Assembly (NCBI GenBank): GCA_016188215.1
Contig: JACPIF010000010.1
Coordinates: 43,174 to 107,173, forward strand
DNA: 64,000 nucleotides
Reading direction: 5' to 3'
Source of the DNA: Candidatus Woesearchaeota archaeon
GTDB lineage: Archaea > Nanobdellota > Nanobdellia > Woesearchaeales > JACPIF01
Shown here: piece after piece, positions 11,053-21,569 of the stretch
Layout of the letters: each line of letters starts with the position of its first letter
Position numbering within the stretch: position 1 is the first letter of the stretch
The notes under the pieces: generated by a model
Seen by the model: only the letters and a program-made list of their open reading frames with translations
Told to the model about the DNA's origin: nothing
Database searches by the model: none
Made by a program: the position numbers and the translations under genes

Positions 11053-12002
11053 GCCGGCTCAATATGGTTCTTGCTGATATAAGTATAGGCCTGATAACAC
11101 GCTTTGACCCCTTCCCCTACTCCTGTAATTGCCTGCTTGAATTCGCTGTCTGCAACGTCGCCTGCGGCATAAACTCCTGGGATATTTGTCCGTGACTCCT
11201 TGTCAATTATAATCTCGCCTTTGGCATCAATTGCAACGCCAAGCTCTTTTGCAAGCCCTGACCTGGGAATGTGGCCTATTGCGATGAAAATAGCATCCAG
11301 CCTGAATTCAGCGCTGCCATTGTACGGATTGTCAAGCAGCACATGGGTCACCTTCTTTCCGTCGCCCTTGATTTCCTTGACATTAGTCTTGTAGATGATC
11401 TCTATCTTTTGATTAGCCATAACCCTTTCATAGTTTATTGGCTCAGGCCGTATCTTCTCGCCGCGGTAGATCATGTACACTTTCTTTGCCCACTGCGTCA
11501 ATACGAGGGCATCCTTGGCTGCACTGTCGCTTCCCCCAACTATTGCCATCACTTTATCCTGGTAAACTGCTCCGTCGCATAATGCGCAGTAATGCACGCC
11601 CTTGTTTGCGTACTGCTCCTCACCAGGCACATCCAGCTTTTTCCATTCCGAGCCAGTTGCAAATATGACAGTCTTTGCATCATGGTAATGCTCTTCATCA
11701 GTATGCACCCTGAAATGGTGGTGTCCGTTCTTGGCTGGGAATTTTTCCACTTTAATGGCTTTTTCTTCAGCAAATCTTACATGTTTGCTGTAATCCTGCG
11801 CGTGCTCCTTAACCTTGTCGGCAAGCTCCTGCCCGGTGAGCCTGATAAAGCCAGGATAGTTCTCAACAACATCCGTCAGTATAATAGTGCCTCCTGGCTT
11901 GCCTTCTATGACAAGGGTCTTCAGGTTAAGCCGGCCGCAGTACATGGCAGTGCCGTAGCCCACGACACCGCCTCCTATAATGATGACATCGTATAAGGTC
12001 AT
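11049..12002 (-). CDS. trxB: thioredoxin reductase-like FAD/NAD(P)H disulfide oxidoreductase
   Basis: The product has an FAD site (DVIIIGGGVVG), a redox CxxC (CALCDG) and an NADPH site (GGSDSAAKDA). Start is placed at ATG 12000-12002. Confidence 0.7.
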   Translation of the reverse strand: MTLYDVIIIGGGVVGYGTAMYCGRLNLKTLVIEGKPGGTIILTDVVENYPGFIRLTGQELADKVKEHAQDYSKHVRFAEEKAIKVEKFPAKNGHHHFRVHTDEEHYHDAKTVIFATGSEWKKLDVPGEEQYANKGVHYCALCDGAVYQDKVMAIVGGSDSAAKDALVLTQWAKKVYMIYRGEKIRPEPINYERVMANQKIEIIYKTNVKEIKGDGKKVTHVLLDNPYNGSAEFRLDAIFIAIGHIPRSGLAKELGVAIDAKGEIIIDKESRTNIPGVYAAGDVADSEFKQAITGVGEGVKACYQAYTYISKNHIEPA

Positions 12003-12060
12003 AAGGCTCAAAAACAAGAAATAGTTTATAAATGTTAGTTTTAGCCCCGTGTCTAAGGAA

Positions 12061-12852
12061 TTATAGCAAGTCTGCAAGCTTTTTAATATCCCTGTTCGCG
12101 ACGTGCGTATAAATCTGTGTAGTCTGCAAATTTGAGTGCCCCAGCAGCTTCTGGATATGCCTTATATCAGCGCCTGCTTCCAGCAGATGCGTTGCAAAGC
12201 TGTGCCTAAAAGTATGTGGAGTCACTCTTTTCCTTATGCCTGCTCTTTTTGCCGCATTCTTTACGATCATCTGGATAGACCGTTTATTGTATTTTCTCCC
12301 AAGATTTGAGACAAGCGCAAGACCTTCTCTTTTCAAATTAAAATATTCAATAAATTCTTTCAATTTGCCATGCAGAAAGATTATCCTCTCCTTTCCGCCC
12401 TTGGCTGTCTTAAGGTGGATTATGTCTCTCTTAAAATCTATGTCTTCCCACTCCAGATTAACCAGTTCGCTAAGCCTTATGCCAGTGTAATAAAGGGACA
12501 TCAAGACCAGCCTGTGCCTTAAGTTCAGCGTAGTCTCGAGCATGCCATTAACTTCCTCTTTGCTCAATACCAGAGGCAGCTTTCCCCTGCTCCTGGCAAG
12601 AGGTATATTCTCATCAAACTTCTGTCCCAGAATGTTCCCGTAAAAGAACTTCAAGGCAAAATACGCGCTCCTTATGCTGGACCTGCTCTTTTCAGTATAT
12701 CCTAACAGGAATTCCCTTGGCTGCAGGCCTGATCTGATAAACTTTCTTATTAAATAAAGGTAAGCCCTCTCAGTCTGCCTTGAATATTTCCTGAGCCTCA
12801 GCTCTTCCAGCAGCTTATCCAAATAAGCCTGATCATCCCCCATCAATCCCAT
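12061..12852 (-). CDS. xerA: tyrosine recombinase (XerA/XerC/XerD family)
   Basis: The C-terminal catalytic motifs are HTFRHSFATHLLEAGADIRHIQKLLGHSNLQTTQIYTH. The N-terminal core-binding domain is present. Confidence 0.8.
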   Translation of the reverse strand: MGLMGDDQAYLDKLLEELRLRKYSRQTERAYLYLIRKFIRSGLQPREFLLGYTEKSRSSIRSAYFALKFFYGNILGQKFDENIPLARSRGKLPLVLSKEEVNGMLETTLNLRHRLVLMSLYYTGIRLSELVNLEWEDIDFKRDIIHLKTAKGGKERIIFLHGKLKEFIEYFNLKREGLALVSNLGRKYNKRSIQMIVKNAAKRAGIRKRVTPHTFRHSFATHLLEAGADIRHIQKLLGHSNLQTTQIYTHVANRDIKKLADLL

Positions 12853-13049
12853 AGAATAACACTTTGTATATAAATATTCGCTTTAACCCTCATAACAAAC
12901 TATTAAACAGCAATTAAAACTGCGTTTAATAGTTGTTAAACTCAATAAATTTGAAGTCCTACAAAACAAAAGAGGGCTGTTTTCCTTAATAATGTAAAAG
13001 GGTGTTTTAAGTTTAGAAGAACTTATACCAATATGCATTTTCTTATTTT

Positions 13050-14462
13050 TCACTCCCAAAGCGATTCCTTCCCTTCGTCTGAAAACGCAATAATTACAGG
13101 TGTGCTAGGTTTAAAATTATCTTCTATTAGCCGGTTAGGCACGATTAAGATTCCATTTACCAAAGTGCCTGATGAGCCGCCAAGTTTCTCTTTCCAGATT
13201 ACATTTCCATTTTCTGCATTAAAGCTGTAAAAGTATTCATCGCCCCCTTCGCCAACTCCAAAATAAACTTTGTTGTCTGCCAAGACTGGTGATGAGTCAG
13301 CATTTGCCTTGCCAAAATTATATTCCCATACAATCTTGCCATCTTTTTGATCTAAAGCAAGGAATTTTCCCTCATAAGTGCCAATAAATACCTTGCCGTA
13401 GCCTAATGCAGCAGCAGCTGAAACACCAATCAATTCCTCAGCACCAGAAGCAATTTTGTTTTTCCAGATTAAGCTGCCGTCTTTTGCATTTAAAGCGTAA
13501 AAATAGCCGTTTTCCGCACCAACATAAACAATTCCATCTAAAATAGCGGGAGTTGCATGAATCAAATTTAATTTTCCTTGGATATAATCTACTTTAAACC
13601 TCCACAATTCTTTTCCATTTTCTGCGTCTAAAGCATATAAATGGCTCGGCATAGCATTGTTTCTTTGCGAGCCTTCTGTTCCAACAAAAATAACCCCGTT
13701 ATAATAAGCAGGAGAAGAATGAACAACTTCAGCATATTCCAAGTATTTTTTCCATATTAAGTTCCCATTATCAGCATTTAATGCATAAATGTTTCCAGAA
13801 TCATCACCAACAAAGACTTTATTGTCTGCAAACAAAGGCAATGAATGCGAAACTCCTTTCTGGGTTTGGTATTTCCATAAAAACTTTCCTGTGTTCTCGT
13901 TTAATGCGTAAACAAATCCCGGCGGAAGATTTCTCAGGTTATCGCCAGCATTAACGCTTACAAAAAGTTTTCCATTGCCAGCTGCAAGACCTCTTGGAAA
14001 GAAACTCCTCCCATTCTCGGCATAAGACCAGACTTTTTTCCCTGTGTTAAGGTCCAGCGCAAATATATGTTCTGGAGCGATAAAAACCTTATTATCATTA
14101 ATTATAGGCCAGTTGCCCTCAAAATTGCCATCATAATCTATTTGCATAAAATCATCAAAAGTCCATTTCCACAGAACATTGGGTTTAGAAGGCACTTTAG
14201 AGGTTGAAAAACCAGTTCTTGCATTGTTGCCGTGAAAAGTTGGCCAGTTTGTTTCTTTATCTTCTGGTTTTTCTACAGGCTTTTCTTCAATTGGTTCTTT
14301 TGGAACAGCTTCTTGTTGCGGCTCTGTTATTTTTTCAGCAGATGCTTCTTTAACCTTTTCTATAGGTTTTATCGTTTCAGTATCTTTTTTTCCTACTTGT
14401 TGAATGCAACCGATGATAAAAACTGCTAAAAATACAACTAACAATATGGTTATTTTTTTCAT
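13050..14462 (-). CDS. PQQ-repeat beta-propeller lipoprotein
   Basis: A signal peptide with lipobox IIGC and a Pro/Glu/Lys-rich linker precede repeated (A/Y)LD/N..GK..W motifs typical of PQQ/BamB-like propellers. Confidence 0.65.
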   Translation of the reverse strand: MKKITILLVVFLAVFIIGCIQQVGKKDTETIKPIEKVKEASAEKITEPQQEAVPKEPIEEKPVEKPEDKETNWPTFHGNNARTGFSTSKVPSKPNVLWKWTFDDFMQIDYDGNFEGNWPIINDNKVFIAPEHIFALDLNTGKKVWSYAENGRSFFPRGLAAGNGKLFVSVNAGDNLRNLPPGFVYALNENTGKFLWKYQTQKGVSHSLPLFADNKVFVGDDSGNIYALNADNGNLIWKKYLEYAEVVHSSPAYYNGVIFVGTEGSQRNNAMPSHLYALDAENGKELWRFKVDYIQGKLNLIHATPAILDGIVYVGAENGYFYALNAKDGSLIWKNKIASGAEELIGVSAAAALGYGKVFIGTYEGKFLALDQKDGKIVWEYNFGKANADSSPVLADNKVYFGVGEGGDEYFYSFNAENGNVIWKEKLGGSSGTLVNGILIVPNRLIEDNFKPSTPVIIAFSDEGKESLWE

Positions 14463-14463
14463 T

Positions 14464-14913
14464 TCATAACCACTTAAAAGACTCTCTGACTTCCTGATTA
14501 TTTTTCAGCTTTATAAATACTAAGCCAAGTATGATTACAATTACCATTACAAGAAAGCTTCCATAAAAAAATCTGTTTAAGAGATGTAAAATATATTGTT
14601 TAATAGTGGGGTCGGAATAAGGAAATAAAAATACCCTAAAAACAAAAGCTTTTAGTCCATGGATTATAAAAGAGTATAATATTCCCAAAAACAAAACATT
14701 TTTTATATTAAAATTGTAGTATAAAGTAAGCTTAACCACAGACAAAGCAACCATTATTGCCCATAAAGCCTGTGTCAGATTTAATATATAAGGATAGTTT
14801 CTGCTTAGTGGAAGCACAACATAATATTGCGATACAACAACCAAAATAGCAATAAGAATATAATATCTTATTGGCCAAATATACTCTTTTAAAGTTTTTC
14901 CAAATATTTTCAT
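14464..14913 (-). CDS. membrane protein, unknown function (4 TM)
   Basis: Only hydrophobic helices are seen. The stop overlaps the start of the upstream gene. Confidence 0.4.
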   Translation of the reverse strand: MKIFGKTLKEYIWPIRYYILIAILVVVSQYYVVLPLSRNYPYILNLTQALWAIMVALSVVKLTLYYNFNIKNVLFLGILYSFIIHGLKAFVFRVFLFPYSDPTIKQYILHLLNRFFYGSFLVMVIVIILGLVFIKLKNNQEVRESFKWL

Positions 14914-16637
14914 TTTCCAAACAGACTCCTTAAAAAATCAATAATTTTCTCAAAAAATCCCTTCTTTTGAATCTCAGTATCCCTATTGTCTATTTCGTCT
15001 TTATCATTTAATCTATCACTCTTTTCAATAAGTTCTTCATTTAAATCACAGTTTTCTCCACAACAATCTTTATAACAGTTTTCTTTTGTTTCAGAACCTT
15101 CGCACATTCCATCCCCACAGATAGATTCTTTTATTATTGCATCTGCCTCCTTAGCAATTTCTTCCTTTAACCCTTTTTCTGGATTATATATGGGATGATG
15201 CCCTTCAGATAGATATTGGGCAGCACCAGTTCCAGCCACAATATAGGTGCCGTCGACAGAGATTGCAACGCTAGCAACCCATGAATCAGTTTTATAATTC
15301 CATATAGGAATTTTGCTTTCTTTAGAGAGAAGATAGACATTTTTATCCTTGCTTCCCGCAGCGATATAATTTCCGTCTTGCGAGATAGAAACATAACCAA
15401 CTCTTTCATCAGCCTCAAACTTCCATAACGGTTGATCTTTGTCTTTATCAATTAAATATATGTTATGGTCTCCGCTTCCAACAGCTATATACTTACCATT
15501 AGAAGATATATCTACAGAGCGAACCCACCAATCGGTTGTCCAGGTTTTTAAAGGAGTATTTTTATCATTTAAGAAAAGAAAAATTGAAGTGTATGTATTT
15601 GCACTATCCAACCCATAGATAGTATATTTTCCATCTCTTGACATTGCTGCAGTCCAGACAGGAGCATCCGGGCTGGTCTTAAACTTTGTTAAGGGAACAT
15701 TGTTTTCTATAGAAAAGAGATATGCCATCTCTTCGGGAGAATGAGAGCCAGCAGCAACTAATCTGCCATCAGAAGAAACAGACAAGCCATGGACATCCGA
15801 TGTTGCTTGGTATTTCCAAAGCGGTTTATTGCTCTTCCTAGAAAAGAAGATAAGCTCGTCACTGAATTATGTTCCCACAGCAAGATATTCACCATCAGCA
15901 GAGATAGAAACAGCATAGATACCAATATTATCTTTATATGTCCATACTAATTTTCCACTTTCTGAAAAGAGATTTAAAGATTCACGGCAACCACCAACGA
16001 TATACTTTCCATCAGCAGATATATCAACCCAGCCACTTCCGCCAGAGGGATCTTCTGCTCCAGTCTCGCATTGGTATTTCCATAAAGGCTGATTACTATC
16101 TTTAGAAAAAAAGTAGATATAATTATTTGTTTTTACGGCAATGCGGCTGCCATCATCTGAAATTACGGCATTTTGTACTTGGTTTTTTCCAATATCATAA
16201 CTCCAAAGAGGTTCATTATTTTCTTTAGAGAAGAAATAAATCTTGTTGGTTTCCAATTTTTCAGAAATAATATTAACTGGAGCCAGAGTGCCACCATACC
16301 AAGGTAGTTTAGCAGTCTCTTTTCCATCGCTTGCTTCAAAGCGATAGTCAAAACTATCATTTTGTTTCCAACTGAATTCATATACCACTCCTGTTTTATA
16401 ATTTCCGCTTATCTTTCTCATCTCTTTTGCTTCGGTCCCGGTAAAAATGATTTTGACATACTCTGGAGCATCATCATCTTCATCGGTATAAGTAACCTGG
16501 TAAACAATAAGAGTGCCAGGTGTTGCAACAGGCGGTTCTGCATGTCCCTCTATCAATTTTGGAGGAGAATTAGCAAAGGCAATAGCAGACCCTAAAATTA
16601 GAAATACAATTCCAAAAATAATTGCTTTTTTCACCAT
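14910..16637 (-). pseudogene. secreted WD40/PQQ-like beta-propeller protein interrupted by a single in-frame TAA (15867-15869)
   Basis: ORFs 15867-16637 and 14910-15785 are in the same frame. Translating through gives ..LAVGT*FSDELIFFSRKSNKPLWKYQATSDVHGL(S)VSSDGRLVAAGS.., which continues the repeat pattern (PLWKY/PIWNY, S/DGxYIxxG). The N-terminus has a signal peptide and the C-terminus is a Cys-rich tail. Confidence 0.55.
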
Positions 16638-17140
16638 ACGCCTCTTTTATATTAGCATAATAAAACTATTATTTAAATGCTTCTCAAAACGCCCCTAAAT
16701 GTAATTTCTTTAAGAGCCTTTGGTTTGGAACGGAAAACTGCCCTTTACTTCTTGTTCTTGACGTATCGCTTTGCTCATTGGATAGAACGCCCTCTTTCTC
16801 GACTTTGATTTTTTGCCTTCGGCATCGTTGCACTAAAAATCAAGTCCTAACGGACGAGTTTGACAGGGCTCGATGTTATATTCAATTTGCCCCCGAGCCC
16901 GAATTGAGCTAAGAAAACGTATAAATCATCTTTATGTAAGGTTGTATTTCATCAGGTTTAACTTTAAGTTTTGCTGTATCTGAAATTAGTCTTGACAATG
17001 GTTGTGATACTTCTTGATGTGTTGTTACTCCTAACAAACCGTTTTCTGGAGTTCAATTGGATTCACTTTGATGAGTTAAAGGGTTTATTCCTTCTACTTG
17101 CATTCCAAAATCTCCAAATTGAGTACAAAATTTAATAAAA

Positions 17141-17497
17141 TTAACTTGTCACTTCATCAAATTTTCTGAGAAATTCCTGAATTTCTTCGTTAAGTCTTTC
17201 CGGTAAATATTTAGAAATAGCTTTGATAGATTCTTCATTCATTGTTTCAAAAAAGGACACAAACACAGCATCTTGTACATCTTTATCACCTTCATTATTA
17301 CATCTTAATATGAACTTTGCGATTCTTTTTAACAGCTTTTGGTCGTTTTGTTGTATTGTTTTTTCAGCAAGTCGTTTCAGATCTCCAAATACAAGATTAA
17401 TTCCTATTTTATGATATTCTTTTTCATGAACTGATTCAAATTCAGGAATTTCTTTGAGTAATTCTTGAATAAAATTTTCTTCAGCTATTTTGCTCAT
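17141..17497 (-). CDS. hypothetical cytoplasmic protein
   Basis: The ORF is 118 aa with no motif recognised. It lies in the AT-rich block. Confidence 0.4.
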   Translation of the reverse strand: MSKIAEENFIQELLKEIPEFESVHEKEYHKIGINLVFGDLKRLAEKTIQQNDQKLLKRIAKFILRCNNEGDKDVQDAVFVSFFETMNEESIKAISKYLPERLNEEIQEFLRKFDEVTS

Positions 17498-17710
17498 AAT
17501 ATCTATTATTTTATTTTATTATTTAAATATATCGGTGGATTGGCGGATTTGCAACTTCCATCGACCACATAGCATTCTCGCTACGCTCGGGGCATTTAAC
17601 AGGAATTAAACGCACATGCTCTTGCAGAGCATTCGGGTTTCGCTCCCTCTTTGAAAATTTGCATATCCTCTGAACAAGATTTAAATACTGCTCTGCCCAT
17701 TAAAACAAAT

Positions 17711-19732
17711 ATGGCAAAGTGTTTTGCACTCCTCATGATTTCCCTAATCTTTCTTGTTAGTTGCGCGCAGCAAGATAGGCCCACTGAGAACGCAATTCAA
17801 CCGCCGGCACGGCAACAAATTGAGCAACAGCCAGAGACAGAAGAGAATATTCAAGTACCTCCAGAGCAGACCCTGCCGCCACCTCAACCTGTGCGGCAAC
17901 AGCAACAATCCTGGCAGCCTGGTGGAATTGCAATACAAGGAACTTATGCAGATGCCGAGATTGCGGAGCTTGGTGATGGCAATTACAGGATGTATTATTC
18001 CATTGAGCCGGAAGTTCCTGGAAACAAATTGGAAGTCTTCTCAGCAACATCAACAGACGGAACAAATTGGGTAAAAGAAGATGGGATAAGAAAGGAGTTT
18101 GCGACGTTCCCTGATGTAGTAAAGCTTCCGGATGGGCGGTTTAGGATGTATTTCCAGAATGCAGGCGTGATAAAAAGCGCAACATCGCATGACGGCTTAA
18201 CTTGGGTTGATGATCCAGGTGTTAGAATTGATAAGGATGAACCCGGGTTTATCCTGGAGAATGTAGGCGCTCAAGGCACAATTAGATTGGAAGATGGGAC
18301 TTACATCATGCTTTATCGCGGCACAATTGATGAACCATATAGAACTGCTGAAAAGATCCCTAACAAGGATACGCACATCTATTTCCGGGCAACCTCAAAA
18401 GACGGCCTGGATTTTGAAAAGAAGGGATTGGCCATTGACTCCAGGAACGAGGTTCTGCTTGGTGCAGCTGATGGGGCCGAATGGGTGAAGTGGGATCAGA
18501 CTTCAGAGAAAGTTGAACTAAGAATCTACTTCTGGAGCTATGCGGGTGTTTATCATGCGATTTACCAGGAGGGGCTCTTCTCCGAGCCAGTCTTTGACTT
18601 TACTAATAAAGAGGATAATATGGCTAAATTCCCGCCTAATCCCCCTTCTGATCCTACATTTGCAAAAATCAAAGGCAAATGGCTCATGTACTATGGGCAG
18701 CATACAAAGGGGATTTACTATGCGACATTTGAAACGCAAGAGACACAAATGGCGGATAAAGCTGCACCTGCGGCACAAGGAGCTTCCACAGGGATTCCTG
18801 AGAGTATAGAAAGCAATTGCATAGGCTTCTTAGTTGGGATACCCAGCGAGGTGAGGACAATCCTATTGACAGGAGCAGGATGGGCAAGGCCTCATCCAGG
18901 CCCATTTGTATGGGATCATGTAGAGCCTCAACAGGGAAATTTCAATTTTGAGGCGACAGATGATTACGTGAAAAATGCGCAGGACAATAATATTGCGATG
19001 CTTGCCACAGTCTGGCCATATTCAGTTTGGGATCAGTCAGCCTGCCATGGCAGCGAATGCCAGGTATCTTCCGATGATCAGTTCCTGAAGCCCTTGGAGC
19101 AGCTGCCCAAATCAAGATGTGCCCCCTGCAGCCTTGATAGCTATGATAGATTCCTGACAAAAATAGTTGAAAGGTATGACGGTGACGGAATTGACGATAT
19201 GCCTGGGTTGAGGATTCCTGTAAAATATTGGGAAATCCTGAACGAGCCGGAGATGAATGAGCCTGACTTGACGTTCTACAAGGGGACGCAAGAGGAATAT
19301 GTTGGGATATTGAAGAACAGTAATAAGGCCGTAAAGACAGCCTGCGCAGACTGCAAGATTGTCCAGGGCGGCGCAGCAGGCATAAGATCTGGTATGCTCT
19401 CTTACTGGGGAAAAATATTTGATTTAGGAGGAGCTGCCTACTTTGACATAGCAAACATACACTATATCAATTCCGGTGACTTAAATTCACTCAATGTGAA
19501 AGATTTCAAAAACTTAATGCAAGAAAAAAATGTTGTTAAGCCAATATGGGTGACTGAAGCTGAATACAGTTCTGAGTCCCAAATTGAAACGTCTGTAAAT
19601 GGGGCGCTAAATGCAGGCGCATCAAAGATATTCTTCACAAGGTTTATTGTAGGGCAGAGAAGCCCGCCACCTCCCGGTCAATATTCGGCGATTTACGAGA
19701 AAATAACCGAACTGTGTCCAAAAATCTCCTGA
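17711..19732 (+). CDS. secreted two-domain glycoside hydrolase (N-terminal beta-propeller-like domain + clan GH-A TIM-barrel with WEILNEP motif)
   Basis: A lipoprotein signal (LVSCAQQ) and a Pro/Gln linker lead into a propeller-like domain (DGTNW..DGRFRMY..DGLTW). After that come KYWEILNEPE (acid/base Glu) and IWVTEAEYS (nucleophile-like). Confidence 0.55.
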   Translation: MAKCFALLMISLIFLVSCAQQDRPTENAIQPPARQQIEQQPETEENIQVPPEQTLPPPQPVRQQQQSWQPGGIAIQGTYADAEIAELGDGNYRMYYSIEPEVPGNKLEVFSATSTDGTNWVKEDGIRKEFATFPDVVKLPDGRFRMYFQNAGVIKSATSHDGLTWVDDPGVRIDKDEPGFILENVGAQGTIRLEDGTYIMLYRGTIDEPYRTAEKIPNKDTHIYFRATSKDGLDFEKKGLAIDSRNEVLLGAADGAEWVKWDQTSEKVELRIYFWSYAGVYHAIYQEGLFSEPVFDFTNKEDNMAKFPPNPPSDPTFAKIKGKWLMYYGQHTKGIYYATFETQETQMADKAAPAAQGASTGIPESIESNCIGFLVGIPSEVRTILLTGAGWARPHPGPFVWDHVEPQQGNFNFEATDDYVKNAQDNNIAMLATVWPYSVWDQSACHGSECQVSSDDQFLKPLEQLPKSRCAPCSLDSYDRFLTKIVERYDGDGIDDMPGLRIPVKYWEILNEPEMNEPDLTFYKGTQEEYVGILKNSNKAVKTACADCKIVQGGAAGIRSGMLSYWGKIFDLGGAAYFDIANIHYINSGDLNSLNVKDFKNLMQEKNVVKPIWVTEAEYSSESQIETSVNGALNAGASKIFFTRFIVGQRSPPPPGQYSAIYEKITELCPKIS

Positions 19733-19817
19733 ACAAGAATAAAGTGATATTAACTAAGATTACACAAAGCTGGGCAAAACAAGCGATTATTGCTAATAGT
19801 TAACAATTAGCGCTCTT

Positions 19818-20063
19818 CTAATCAATAATCCCCAGAGCCATCTTGATAGCCCTCTTATCATAGCCAACGATTATTTCTCCTTCAATGTCAAATACAGGCA
19901 CGCCCATCTGCCCGGATTTGTCTATCATTTCCTGGACTTTTTCAGGATGCTCCTCCAGGTTCATTTCCTCCCATTGGATATTCTTCTCCCTGAAAAAGCG
20001 CTTGGCCTGCTCGCAATAGACACAGGCTGATGTTGTGTACATGATGATTTTCTTCTGTATCAT
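19818..20063 (-). CDS. glutaredoxin-like protein (CVYC)
   Basis: MIQKKIIMYTTSACVYCEQAKRFF..GQMGVPVFDIEGEIIVGYD is a paralog of 3227-3475. Confidence 0.7.
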   Translation of the reverse strand: MIQKKIIMYTTSACVYCEQAKRFFREKNIQWEEMNLEEHPEKVQEMIDKSGQMGVPVFDIEGEIIVGYDKRAIKMALGIID

Positions 20064-20067
20064 AGTC

Positions 20068-20799
20068 TCAGATATCCTTGATTGCAACGAAATTGCCCCT
20101 TAATAATTTAACTTGCTTGTCCATTATCTTTACTATCCTTGCCTTTTGGCTTGATTTCCTGATAGTTATAACATCTCCTGCCTCGAGCATTGGCATTTTG
20201 TGGCTGTTGTCCGAAACTAATAATGCCGGGCCCCTGAGCACCTTTACCTTTATTACAGCATTCTCGTCTGCAAACAACGGCTTGTCACGAGTGACTGCAT
20301 TATTGAATGCTATCCCCAGTCCCTTACTGAATGATTTTCCAGTCATGGAATTAAAGTATGCAGTGCTGCCGTGCGGTGTTGCAACCAATACACCATCACC
20401 GATCACAAGCTCTTTGATAATTCTGCCATTGATTGACACTTGAAGCCTGACAGCATGCGGGACTTTATGGTGTATGTCAATCTCATTAAGCGCAATGAAC
20501 CTCTGCGGCAGGTTATTGATGCGGGCTTCAAGCTTAAGCTGCTCAACAATGCTGTATTTTCCTGCTTTTAGGGCATTGAATATGGTAGCATAATCATGCT
20601 TAGGGCAAGTCTTGCATATCTTGCTGTGGCGGATCAGCACCCTTGGAATGCCGGGATAGACCCGCTCCCCATAAAGGGATGTCCCATCGCCGCCAAAGGA
20701 GATTACCAAATCTGGATTCTTTTTAACTACGGTAAAGCCATGCTCTTTTAGAGGGACTTTAACCAGGTGAGCGCTCTTGCCTACGACAGCAACTTTCAT
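20068..20799 (-). CDS. nadK: NAD kinase
   Basis: The motifs are GGDGT (ISFGGDGTSL), NEIDIHH and DGVLVATPHGSTAYFNS. Start is placed at ATG 20797-20799 (MKVAVVGK). Confidence 0.75.
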   Translation of the reverse strand: MKVAVVGKSAHLVKVPLKEHGFTVVKKNPDLVISFGGDGTSLYGERVYPGIPRVLIRHSKICKTCPKHDYATIFNALKAGKYSIVEQLKLEARINNLPQRFIALNEIDIHHKVPHAVRLQVSINGRIIKELVIGDGVLVATPHGSTAYFNSMTGKSFSKGLGIAFNNAVTRDKPLFADENAVIKVKVLRGPALLVSDNSHKMPMLEAGDVITIRKSSQKARIVKIMDKQVKLLRGNFVAIKDI

Positions 20800-20888
20800 G
20801 GACAAGAAACATAAAATTATGGTATATAAAACCATTGATTTTTAGACACGGAATACTATGTATTCTGTTGTATAAATGTTGGGTATGG

Positions 20889-21263
20889 CTAAGGCTCAAT
20901 CCGCTTTATTTCCAAATTGTTGAAATCATTATCATAAGAAACAAATTCAGTGCAGCTATTAAGCATGGCAGTACTGTAATTTATTAAGTCAAATATGTTA
21001 AGGTTATACCTTTCTACCCTTTTAATGCTTTCAAACAATAGGTTCTTATCTAAAGAGACTATTTTGCTCTTGCCCTTAAACAGCGCCTTGATGCATTTTG
21101 AGGCATAGACCTTATTATTCCTTATGATTGATATGGCATGCTGCGCCTCAACAAGGCATAAAGTATTTGTGACAAAATCCTGGGATAGAACTTTCCTGCA
21201 TCTTTCTTTGTCTTCATTATCTGTAAATGCCTTAATAATAATATTTGAGTCTACAAATCTCAT
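20889..21263 (-). CDS. vapC: PIN-domain toxin VapC
   Basis: MRFVDSNIIIKAF..(D) carries the PIN acidic residues. It overlaps the upstream antitoxin gene by 4 nt. Confidence 0.65.
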   Translation of the reverse strand: MRFVDSNIIIKAFTDNEDKERCRKVLSQDFVTNTLCLVEAQHAISIIRNNKVYASKCIKALFKGKSKIVSLDKNLLFESIKRVERYNLNIFDLINYSTAMLNSCTEFVSYDNDFNNLEIKRIEP

Positions 21264-21487
21264 CGCCTATGCCTCAATTCATGGCTGAGATCCAGCACTT
21301 CCTCAGTTGTATATCTTTTTTTCTGTTTTAGGGCATCGCATTCCTTAAACATCTCTTCCATTGATGGTGTGTCCTCCTCCTTGAGTATCCTCTTAATAAC
21401 TGAGTCATAGCTCTCCCGAGGGTGCGCCTTCTTCTGCTCCAGCTTTCTTCTTGTGTCATCCTTCACTTGAATGCTCGTTATTCCCAT
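21260..21487 (-). CDS. vapB: antitoxin (VapB-like, putative RHH/CopG-type)
   Basis: The ORF is 75 aa and sits immediately upstream of, and overlapping, the PIN gene. Confidence 0.5.
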   Translation of the reverse strand: MGITSIQVKDDTRRKLEQKKAHPRESYDSVIKRILKEEDTPSMEEMFKECDALKQKKRYTTEEVLDLSHELRHRR

Positions 21488-21569
21488 TTTTTAGTCCGTT
21501 CTATAGATTATTATAGATAATTATATATATCTATAGGTATATAAAGCTTTCTATTCTAAAGACAGCTTC

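Noticed and set aside
12061-12852. Tyrosine recombinase as proof of an integrated prophage
   Set aside because: No att repeats, phage structural genes or tRNA target were found. The protein length and motifs are equally compatible with chromosomal XerA. It is kept only as a low-confidence hypothesis in the findings.
15867-15869. TAA reassigned as a sense codon genome-wide
   Set aside because: TAA terminates several well-supported genes here (the antitoxin at 49490-49492, the first pilin-like gene at 60100-60102 and others) at positions matching family lengths.
17744-19454. ORFs 17744-17938, 17754-18074, 17757-18065, 18942-19454 and others overlapping the glycoside hydrolase gene
   Set aside because: They overlap the 693-aa hydrolase ORF in other frames or antisense. 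They are Leu/Arg/Gln-rich with no motifs. They are frame artefacts.
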